64,000 bases of DNA from Lingula anatina (lineage: Eukaryota > Animalia > Brachiopoda), in the NCBI GenBank assembly GCA_051362555.1, contig CM120644.1:11182567-11246566 (forward strand). The letters run 5' to 3'. Position 1 is the stretch's first letter. Every line of letters starts with the position of its first letter. Of this stretch, positions 53,335-64,000 are shown piece after piece. The notes below the pieces were generated by a model that did not search any database, was not told where the DNA came from, and worked only from the letters and a program-made list of their open reading frames with translations. The position numbers were made by a program, and so were the translations under genes.

Positions 53335-56260
53335 AAGAACTATGATATAAAGGTGCTTCTTTGGAGGCTTAATTTGTTTACCTGTTACCTCTCATAAATG
53401 AATCTCTCTGTTAACCACATGTAAATGTAATGAAAAATATGTAATGTTACTATATCCATATTTATTTATTTATTTATGTGAGCTTCATTTTGATAATGAA
53501 CTGTTAAAAGGTTTTTAAAACTTACGAAAGAAAATTACTGGACGGTTGTGTTTTACCGGGTAGTTCTCGTTTTTCTGTGTTGTGATAGAAAACGGAGTCT
53601 GTATCACATCTACCACAATTTGGATACTCACAAATATGCGATGTGTCAAGTAAATGAATAGAAAATTATTACTGAACAAGCCTTTCAGTTTCTTTGCGAA
53701 TGGGAGAAAAGGAATAATTTTTAGGAGTAACATTACAATAATGCATTTACTATAATGCCGTTATTTGAGAAGGATGCAACTGACCTTTGGACGTTATATT
53801 AAAAGAAAACTGAAACATATAGGGCATTGCAATCCCGTATATTATGCTTAAGCAAAGTGCGATTGATTAAGCCCCCCCTCCCCAACTTGTGCATCATTAT
53901 CGTCATCGGCTAAAACAAAAACTCCACAAAAGTTATTTTACCATATTTCCATGTGTATTATCGGAGACATCTACCTCGATTTTCTATTGCAAGCCAATTA
54001 ATCAAAGTCTCCAACCTTTCAGAGCTAGATTTCTAATGAAATAACTGACCTCACAGAATTTACATCTTTTAACGTCCATTACACCCAAGTCTGGCTTTAA
54101 CGGTATGCTACCTGGTCGTGGTAGACGTTTTTGAAAAACGAAATTGGTGTCTAGTTGCTAGTTCCATTTAATCCTGCTTAAATGGTCAGTGTGTGGCCGC
54201 CCCTCAGGAGAGGATGGATTTTTCATCACTTCGATTCGCCCCACATATTATATCGAAATTGTCTTCGTCTATCATTGCATATTTGCCGACGCCAGCTTTT
54301 TGTCTTGTGACCCCCCCCCACCCCCCAGCAAAAACACAAACCCCCGAGCCAGCGGTGGCAGAAGGTGGATTGAGTGATGACTTGTAAATTCTTTCCTCTT
54401 GTTTCAGGGATAACTGATCACCCTGAAGACTCCGGCCTTTTCTTAACCAACGGTTATTCCGTAAATTATAACTGTGAATGTGAAATGCAATTTGGTATGC
54501 AGGGTGTATGTTTTGACCCCGAGTTTGGATGCGTGTCATAAGACTGTTAGGTTTAGTCATCATATCTAGAGTGGATGAAAAGTATAACAAAGAGGTATTG
54601 TATAAAAACAGAAATGTTGATATTTTCATACATGGTATCCATTGTTCAGCAGTCATATCAACCTAAAAAAAAGATGACTCTCATTTTTTTAAAGTTTGAA
54701 GACAGTGGAAAGATTGGATGGATAGAATAAGATAACTTGAGACCAATATGTTAAGTTCAGGGAATAGCGTGCAAGTTTGAGGGAGTCGCTTTTGGTGGGG
54801 ATGGGAGAGAGAGCTTTCAAAATGGCCACTTTTTTGGAAATATCTCAAGTTCTTTCAAAAGTGCAATAATTGCGTCTAATATAGATATCGTAACTGAAGC
54901 AAATACAAAGTTATTAAACTTTGGTTATTTACTCATTCCTAATTACCTTTAAATGCCCGTTCCGTAAGTATTACTTAATTAATCCCCAACTATTATCTCA
55001 GTGCTTCATTTTATCATATTAATGTAAAGTAATTAAAAATACTTATTTACGCCTATTTAAAGAATAGGTCTGACCTTTGACCTGCATGAAAATATTTTAA
55101 TTGTTAATTCAACAGTTCTCCTTCCACCGATTTAAAATATTTTAAAAGAGAGTTTGAATACGCCTTTTTTTTTAAAATGCACTTAATCTAATCTTTGCAG
55201 CAATAAACCAGCCAAGGTGACACAAAATAAATAAGGCTTCTACAGAATTATGTATTTGTTTTAATCAAAACAAAATTCTTTACTTTGTCAAATTCCATTT
55301 TCATGTGAAAGGCTCTTTCTTCTCTTTGTCAGTAAAGCCCGAAAATTTATAGTTTGGTTGCCTAATTCAGCTAAAAACAACTATGCAGCTGCCTTTTAAG
55401 TGACATGAAATATAGCAGAGAGGGACGAAAATTATATAATTAGTTTTAGCAAATTAATTTACTTGTGACACCTGTCTGCTAAATTTACTTGATTGGTAGG
55501 GCATTAGTCGCCGTGCAGACAGGTAAGGGCAGCCCCTGCATCTGGGGCTGGGGGCAAGTTGCACGTGAATTCCTAAGTTATGAGGCAAAGCTTAGACGGC
55601 TAAAAACGGATAGTCGACTATGCACAGTCGACTATGCTGTATTGGTCTAAGTGTTTCCCGGAGGATTGGCTCGTGATAAATGAACCGGTAGTTGACATGC
55701 TTAAAAAAGACTGCCATCCCCAATAAGAGAAAAAACATTGTAAAAACAACAGGAGCGTCAACTCCATCTAAGACAGAGACTAGTCATTTGTTTCACAGAT
55801 CACCACTTCAGTTATTGATATTCTTTTGGTCCGTTTCCTTCTTTTAACCAACTTTCCAAAAGAGTTCAATAAACATTATTTATTTCTGTCTTGATTATGT
55901 TATCAACAATCAAAATCATCTTGTGAAAAAAAGTGAAAAAGAAAAAAGAAAATGTCGTATCTGTAAGCATTTTACATATACATATTTACTAATCTTGCTG
56001 TCTTTAGTGATACTAGAAGGCTCTGTTACGTCTTTCCTTCGTAAATCAGTTTTGCGTGCGAAGCAACAATCTTCGAACTTGTGTCACAAGCCTGTAGGTT
56101 CACAATGTCGGAATTTTAATCGATTCATTAACAGCTAGCATTCTCCGGTCACGACACAACTGTAATCTGATGTACACGGGTATGCAACTCATTCTGAAGT
56201 GTTAAAATGGGTACAACAAAGAGGTCACTGGTGTATTTTTCGCGCGATTTTCAAGTCTCA

Positions 56261-56608
56261 GGCTGCGTTCACTTCAGGACCAACTTAGACCGGCAATAGT
56301 CCGACTGACGTCATCAGCAGACCTTATTTCACTGGGACTCAAGCTAGTTAATGGTCACTCTTACTCAAGGTAGATTATGGTCACTCTTACTTTGGTCGTT
56401 TTATTAACGGTGAATAAATGTCCCCGCCAAAACTTCGACAAAAATGTATCGTTACATCTTCCGCCATGCTTTTGTCCTGGGTGGTCTGGGACTAGGTGAC
56501 CTCACAGGATGGGTCGATATATCTGCAGCATCATGGGCACTGGAAATTTTAAAATGCTGAAGCTAGTTAGTTATTTGTGTCGTATTTGGCTCTGGTGTAA
56601 ACGCAGCC
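56261..56608. mobile_element. Harbinger-like MITE
   Basis: TIR GGCTGCGTTCAC / GTAAACGCAGCC with TCA/TGA flanks. Confidence 0.6.
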
Positions 56609-57189
56609 TGAATACAACTTTACCTGGTGTGGTTGTTCACGAATAAAACAAATTCGTTGAAGGAGGGGTATATGTTCAAGGTACACTTGTGGGTGCCCTT
56701 TGATCCGATCGATGATGATGAAATTTAAATTCCAAGATCTTTCTTCTTTGAGATGGGATATCTGATGAACTTTTACGTGATGAGAAGTTAAACTAGTTCA
56801 CATATAGTGTCTGGATGTTCTTAAAACACGCCATACACCGTTTTTTAAAACCTCATCATTAAAATGTCATCTTTGCAAATATTAAAAATCCCGCTTCCCG
56901 TTCACACTAGTGAAGTTCTTACATCAAATATTAGCAAAGCCTCTACTTTGCTTGAAGAGGGACAGATTTCGTCCCCCAAGTGGTCTCAAGCCCGATGTAA
57001 CAGGGGTTTAACGCATTTGAGATATAAGCGAGATCTTGAGAGCACGCACGCTGGAACAATCGTTTAAAAACAATTACAAGATAATAGAGGGAACACTGTA
57101 GCTTTTGTCTTTTTTTTTCTTTGCCAGCTTTTCATGCACATGATTACTTCGTGGGTTCACTTGACGAAGGACGGTCAGTACCCGGTCCC

Positions 57190-57442
57190 CAAACAATTTA
57201 ACTTTTTTTTATAAAAATGAATGTCTTGAATCACCATTTTTTCATCCTCAAAATACATGTGTTGCAGCCGATGATAAATAGGGCGTTCAGAGATGGTACT
57301 TTGTGCGGTGCTTTTTTCAAACAATTTAACCCCTTTTTTTAAAAACCAAAAGTCTTGAATCACCATTTCTTCATTCTTAAAATACATGTATAGCAGCCAG
57401 TGATAAATAAAGCGTTCAGTAATGACACTTTGTGTGGTACCC
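57190..57442. repeat. Tandem duplication of a ~128-bp unit (2 copies)
   Basis: CAAACAATTTAAC...GTCTTGAATCACCATTT...AAAATACATGT...GCGTTCAG...ACTTTGTG occurs twice. Confidence 0.85.
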
Positions 57443-57494
57443 CGTTTGATATATCCAATTCAATTTATTTCTGTACTGGTACATATATTATCAG

Positions 57495-57627
57495 TACCCT
57501 CTACCAGGGCGATACATTGATTTTTCACAGATATTCACAGATATGTCTCTAGATAAATAGACAGTCATTTTGGTCTGATGTCAGCAAGAAATGTCCACAA
57601 TAGTAACTGCGACCCTGGTAGAGGGTA
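57495..57627. mobile_element. Mutator (MULE)-type MITE with perfect 9-bp TSD
   Basis: 15-bp TIR TACCCTCTACCAGGG/CCCTGGTAGAGGGTA; TATTATCAG at 57486-57494 and 57628-57636. Confidence 0.85.
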
Positions 57628-58893
57628 TATTATCAGGGCTTTGTACAATAAAATATTATTAGACTATAATTGGTGCATTAACATTCTGTTATTGTTATTG
57701 GTATTTGGACTACCAGTATGTAAATGTGAAAAGATCTCTTTATATAATGGACAGATGTATTAGTTACACTACTTATAAAAAATATTCTCACTAAACGGTA
57801 AAAAAATTAAAAAATCCAGAGAACTAAAAGAGAAAATATTCTAAAACAAAGTGCTGTCGACGCGTTACCACCTTAATTGTCTTAGCTACTGTGTACATGT
57901 TTTCAGGTATTTTTTGACTCTGCTTAAATTTAAAATAAACCTGGTGTACAGCGCAAAAAAAGTGGAATCTGTTTCAACTGTTCTTCTTTCTTACTCCCTC
58001 TCACACGCTTTTCTTTTGCATATACACAGGCAACAAAATAATAATAAAACCTAAATTGAACATATAATTAAATGAAATTAATTTTATTCGCGATCCTCTT
58101 TGGTTGTTATTTCCAGTTTTTGCAAATATCAAACAACATGACAATCTAATTTGCCCGCATTGCACTCCGATGACTGCTCCCTTCTTTACTTTGTCCGCTT
58201 CCCCACTTGATTCCGACCAAATGTATCATATTTCTTTTTTAGTCACGATATCCGTTTTCTAGTTCGGCCACTTTTATAATAAACTTTGACCGGAATCATC
58301 CGTCACCCTGACAGTGATGGGTTTAATTAAGTATTTAAAAGTTTAAAGCAGTGATCCGAATATAACGGGTCTAGGTCAGTGGTACATTAGAGTTTTAAAA
58401 CAATCGAACAATCATGTACTTATAATTACCTGTTTGTTTTCGGAACAATACCTGTTTGTCCCTTAAAGTAACAGCATGGCAGGTCCTTGACTCTCCTATA
58501 AAGGTTTTTTTGTGCGTGGATGGACGAAAACTATGTCGTTTGTGACATAAAACTATGTCGTGTGTGACAAATAAAAAGCGCAAATTAAGTTGCGTTAATC
58601 AGCCAGCACCGAGATAATATAAATCTTTGGATTTGACCGTACATGAATGAAATCACAACTTTTATCGCTAGCCGATGTATGGTGTCACATGGGGAAATCA
58701 GATTTTAGTTAATCTACTGTAATATATTTAGTTTTTAATACGAGTTATATCACACTTAAGCATTAGAGACTGCTGGAAACTAAACTCCGTCATCTTAAAA
58801 TATACCTTCGTTTTTTATTTCAAATTTCAACTGATTTCAAGTGAAAAACCCAGTGTGTCCTGTGTCACACACGGCGGGAGGGGGGGGGGGGGT

Positions 58894-58960
58894 TACCCTC
58901 TACCAGGGCCACAAAGAGATAAATTCACTAGATATTTACAGATATTCCTCTGGCTAATAT
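58894..58960. mobile_element. Truncated copy of the same MULE-type MITE
   Basis: TACCCTCTACCAGGGC followed by AGATATTTACAGATAT as in 57495-57555; no right TIR. Confidence 0.6.
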
Positions 58961-61900
58961 TTTGCACATTGCGCCACCATGAAAATTTTCGCCCCTAATA
59001 TAATTTCTCTTGAAGAGAATAGGGTGCGTATCAAAAGAATTAAAGATTAAAAATAAACAGCAAAATGCGTGGGCTTGAGGGGATGATGCGCTGTAACGTA
59101 TCGCAGGTGGACTAGGTAAATACTGTGGAAGAAATCAACAGACCGCGGTTTGTTCTTCCGGTCACCGTGGCGTGGACACAGGTCTCGCGGGGTCAGCTGT
59201 GTGAGGTAGACATTCAGACGCTGGGGTGATACCATCAGGAGAGAACTGATTTATTATTACGTTTATATTGAATCGTCAAAGTTTTGTTGTTTTTTTGACA
59301 TGTTGTGTCCGGATCTACCCCCTTGACTTGTCAGCTAGGAGTTATGTGTTGAATTACTGAAATGAGAATTCAGCCGAGCGATGAGGGTATTGCTCTAGAG
59401 AAATAGATTAACTTACTTTTTTATATTTTTTAGATATTTTTTTAGGTCTTAAAGAGTTGAAAGATAAACCGAAAAAAATATATTATAAGGCTTTTTGAGA
59501 AAATGTAAATAAATGTAAATGTGATTTAATAGGCAATGGTAAGACCGAAAAAAAATGCCCTCAATATTCATGCATTAGAATACTGAAACGATCGTTTAAC
59601 CCACTGGAAAATACATTTTACCGGAAAATTGCCATTACGAAATTGATTGATTCACCCTTATTATTACAATCAATATTAATGAATAACAATTTTTTAAAAC
59701 TGCATCTGTTAAAAGATGACAACATATTAAAATCAACAATTTATCTGTCATTAAAATACCAAAAAGGCGACCAGGCCTACTAACCCTGCACGCTGTGGTA
59801 CTCTATTGTCAGTGACAGACAATTGTAAATAAAGCAAATCAGTATGATAAAAGAAAAAAAAATTGTAGCGTTTTTAATCGGGCTCACCTATATGTTTTAA
59901 GAAACTGATTTGTGAAATATTAAATGAATTGTTTTGCTCTCTCTCTCTGTGCTTTCAACTGCCTTTCCTTAACCTTTTACTGCTAATCTGTTTTCTTCCT
60001 TTTATTGTATTAATAATTTTCCCCAGCATGTATTTTTCACATTACCTATCTTAGAATCAGGTATGAACTTGAAAAACAAACCGCAAAGAATTTCATAGGT
60101 AAAAGGTGTTGCTGAACCATTTATAAAAGCTTACGCAGAAATTTAAATTGTATTAATGTTCATCATGATTCGTCGTAAGACTTAAAATGATAGATATTCC
60201 GAGTTCGCACCGTCTCATTCGAGTGATAACAAGGATCTTCAACCCCTAATTACATTAAATAATGCACCGATTCGAGATTTTATCAGCGCAGTATCAGGCT
60301 GAGATCACGCTGTAGGCTGCACAGATTGACGCTTTGGAGGAGGCATGGGCGTCTCTTCTAGCCTTCGAAATGCATAGCTTCATGGTGGATGAACCGAACT
60401 TTTTCAGAAGGTAAATCGCCACCGGAAACTTCTTTCCAGTTTCGGCGGGAGGAGAAGCCGGACGGGGTTTTCTGAGAGAGCAAGAGCAGACGATAGCTCG
60501 TGCCGAGAGCAGACGATCATTGCTGGATTGCGCCTTCATCCGGGAACCCCGAAAACGATTTCCCATCCCTCTCTGCGTGATAGAAATAGAAGTTAAGTCC
60601 ATACAGGTTGAGATTTATATTTCTCCTCCGACTCGACAAGACATATGACAAGGAATGTTTCATTAGTTCTGAAGTCACACTAATGTTGTCACGCACAGAG
60701 AGGCACAAGGTCGGTGTGAGACTGTGGGGAAGATAGCGACAGTTGCTCCTTGGGACTGGTTGGGGTAAAACTTGCGGCAGCAGTCCACGCGAGAGGAACG
60801 TCCGGTTATCCGGTGGAGGCTGACAAGTTGACTGGAATCAGATCACAGCAATGTTTGTAAAGATTTGTGGTGTTGGATAGAGAGAGGTGTATTTTCATTT
60901 TATGCAGACCGGAATAGGAAAATTCAAGGATAATATATTTTAGTTAGGCCTGTACGGTAGGATATTACAGTACAAGGAAGCCATCGTGAGTCGACCCAGG
61001 CAGAGTGACTGGCATATTTAAACTGGTAGCAAGCTTTCGGTACCATACCAATTTATAGAAAGGATATCTAGGAAAGCTGAAACTACGAAACAAAACGTAC
61101 TGCTATTTTTTCGATTGTGTTCCAAGTTCCTAATATGTAGCTATAAGGATCGTCTTTGACGCGTTGATTAAAAGACAAATTCACCTTTAGAGCAAAAATC
61201 TTCACTTGGATATCTCTGGAATGTTTTCCTGTATTTCTTGATATCTAAAGACACGAAGAGCACAAAAATTCGAAAATAAAAGAAAAACAACAGACCGTCA
61301 AGTGATTGTTGCACGAAACGCCATTTTGTCTAGTCCATCTTTGGTGTGTGGTATTCCCTTTAGCACGTTACCGTATATGCTTAACGCGGACACCAGGTAA
61401 TTTGCTTTTATAACCCTACTCAAATAAACCACAACTTTACACGCCGCCTGGTAAATTCGACTGACCACTTGTAAGGGATATAATTGTGGACAACGATTGA
61501 CCATCAAATTACACAGTGGAATGACAGATTGACGGATAGACCACGACCACAACGACACGCGCAAATTCGCTCCAAAACCACACCTGATATTGAATGGTGA
61601 TGGGCCTGGACGTTTTCCGGACAGGAGATTCGATAACAATATCCGTGCTAGGGTAACGTGGAAGATTTTAGGACAAAGTGGCAAAAATTGGGGCAAAAAA
61701 GGGGGAAGTAAGAGATCAGTAACGTCATGATTGGTGCACCTTTTGTTAAATAGTCACCACAATCCCCCGGGCAAGAGAAAAGTCGTGGACGCTATCGGGA
61801 TGACATAGCATTCTATTGACAAAGCAACATCATAAGATTTTCACACATCCGCACCCTTTTTTCTACATTTCCCCCAACTTGTCGGCCACAGTGATCATTG

Positions 61901-62450
61901 ACGACAAATGTGACACTCGACACCAAAAATTGTGGTAAACTGCGTCATTTTGCGATACATTCTCACACATATATAAGGATTAGAACGCAACAGACTTGGA
62001 TTTTTCGCGGTAGGTGTTTATGAAGAGCTGTCAAGCACCAGACGCAATATTTACAGGAATACTAAAGGAAATTTATGATCATATATCTATTAATGCAGTT
62101 TTGAAAGAGCTACCTTAATTCAAAATCCAATTCACGACATATAATACTGAAAGTGATATATGTTCGCCTGTGAAGGGTACATTTGCTACCGTCTGCACGC
62201 TACTTGTTGATGGAGAATTTTTTTACCGCCAACTAGGATATATTACCATAAAATATTATTTTATATCCTTATTCTAAAATTTTGAAAAAACATCAAATTA
62301 ATATAGTGCAATCTCAAAGGATCATCCAATTGTGAGAAAATCTACAATTTTTGAAGCAAATTTTTTTTGTCAGCCGAATGCAGGGAAATATTTTGTAGCG
62401 ACAAACAATCTCATTATCGATATTACGAAATTCGCTCAACGCAGACGACC

Positions 62451-62586
62451 ATGACGGGATTCTTGTTCAAAGCAGAACGGAAGATGGCGTATTTCAATCT
62501 GATAACGCTGTCTCTGTTGGCGTCCATGGCCACTATTTCGGCCGAAGATTACATACGACGAATAGAGCCGAAGGCGACCGAACCAA
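62451..62586 (+). CDS. First coding exon of an unidentified secreted or membrane protein (signal peptide MAYFNLITLSLLASMATISA then EDYIRRIEPKATEP)
   Basis: ATG at 62451 (ACCATG) or 62484 (AAGATGG); hydrophobic core ending in a small-residue cleavage site; consensus phase-1 donor A|GTAAGT; possible acceptor CAG at 62442-62444. No further exon recognised in the window. Confidence 0.6.
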
Positions 62587-63617
62587 GTAAGTAGCATTAG
62601 GGCTATATATTATGTATCAAAACATGCCGCTGTTATATTGATAATCACCAATGACCACAAAGAAGGTATCAAGTGATATAAATAAAAAGTGTGTTAAAGA
62701 TGTTACTTTCATATATGAGGGAAATCAATGTAGGGAACTTAAAACAGGACCGATTCTTAAACCATGCTGAATAAAACACTCATTTATCAATAGAGTTCAT
62801 TATTCCGACTACAAACCATGGTCAGAATTAACAAATGGCTCCTTTATATCCGAGAAGGATCTCTCTTTAAATATTCCCATATTTTTCATACAAATGTAAG
62901 ATATATGGTCAAAAACGACATACTAGTGTTTTTTTTTTTTTCGAAGTATTTTATTGTGCCCTTCATCTTCAAGTCAATGCTGAAGCATATGCGGAAACTA
63001 CTCGCGAAGCTCATTTAAAAGATAACATTATGTCATACGGTTTCCTTGGTATAACAAGTGCCCATAAGCACGTCTAACATAATGATCTCTTGCTGACTCG
63101 CTATCTCACATCATTCTTAACTCATATGAAGAGTACTGTAATTTACTCCGTGCCTTTTCTCCCTTTACTCCACTATCTCACATAGTTAATCTTCAGCATC
63201 ATCATTAGAGTTGTCAATGTTATCGTTATCGCTGTCACCTTCTGCACCGGGATTTCAATTAGTTTAATTCCGGCAGAACTCAAGCGTAACGTGCGAGCAA
63301 GCAGTCTCATATGAATATACGATTTTAAGTCCGATTAAAAAAATTAAGTTTTTGAAATACGCGTCCCGCTTTTTGGACATTATAATCCCAAAGTCACATA
63401 TTTCATAATCTAAACTTGTTTATTCATTGCAAACTTTCCTAACAACAATAATAACAATAAGAAGGTGATAGCCGATATGTCTGGACAATACAAGGGCCTG
63501 GCAAGGTCAGTATATATAATAACGCCAACAAAATTTGACATTAAAAAGAGCGAATTGATGAAGCAGTTATGGGAGTGTAAAGGAAATTACATCGCCTACC
63601 AACGATATAAATTACAA

Positions 63618-63710
63618 GATATAATATAATATAATATAATATAATATAATATAATATAATATAATATAATATAATATAATATAATATAATATAATATAAT
63701 ATAATATAAT
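63618..63710. repeat. (ATAAT)n pentanucleotide microsatellite
   Basis: About 18 units. Confidence 0.97.
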
Positions 63711-64000
63711 GTGAAATCAGAAAAAGTGGGTTGATGAGGCAGACATGAAGGTGTAAAGGTGACTGTATAACTATATAAAATACAAGATATAAAAATCTGA
63801 AGCGAAAACATTGGCCTTCCCTGTAAACAATATCATTCATCAAGACCGTCACGCTATATTACTCTATGTATGTTCATGTACGTTGTTTATCAGCCTACGT
63901 TCAAAATGCTGTGTATGAATGTCTACGAGAAATTATTTATGGACACATTTGATGGTATATATGGCACAGGGAACGCCTTTAGTATATCTTACTATCTAGA

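Noticed and set aside
60294-60602. 102-aa minus-strand ORF in a GC-rich block
   Set aside because: No recognisable homology or splice partners; this length is expected by chance at higher GC.

Overview
AT-rich, intron- and repeat-rich animal genomic DNA. The repeat types suggest a marine invertebrate, possibly a mollusc (inference only). Most ORF-track entries are noise. Three genes are supported. (1) A minus-strand CCDC177-family gene rebuilt from nine GT-AG exons with consistent phases (ATG at 51840 down to 16300); its coiled-coil exons presumably lie left of the window. Its ~26 kb intron holds a separate 1.7 kb, 578-codon coding exon (19084-17352) that splices in frame to the same downstream exon, probably an alternative N-terminus. 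(2) A two-exon, 66-aa LYR-motif microprotein gene resembling AltMIEF1/L0R8F8 (52276-52790, +), head-to-head with the CCDC177-like gene across 435 bp. (3) The first coding exon of a probable secreted or membrane protein (62451-62586, +). The introns carry many non-autonomous DNA elements, a decayed Sola2-type transposase, and a 2.8 kb Helentron-associated (HINE/pearl-like) element with ~11 tandem 146-bp units dense in nuclear-receptor AGGTCA sites. No rRNA, complete tRNA or CRISPR array was seen, and I found no clearly new multi-gene system. The best leads are the alternative exon, the nuclear-receptor-site array and the standalone AltMIEF1-like gene.
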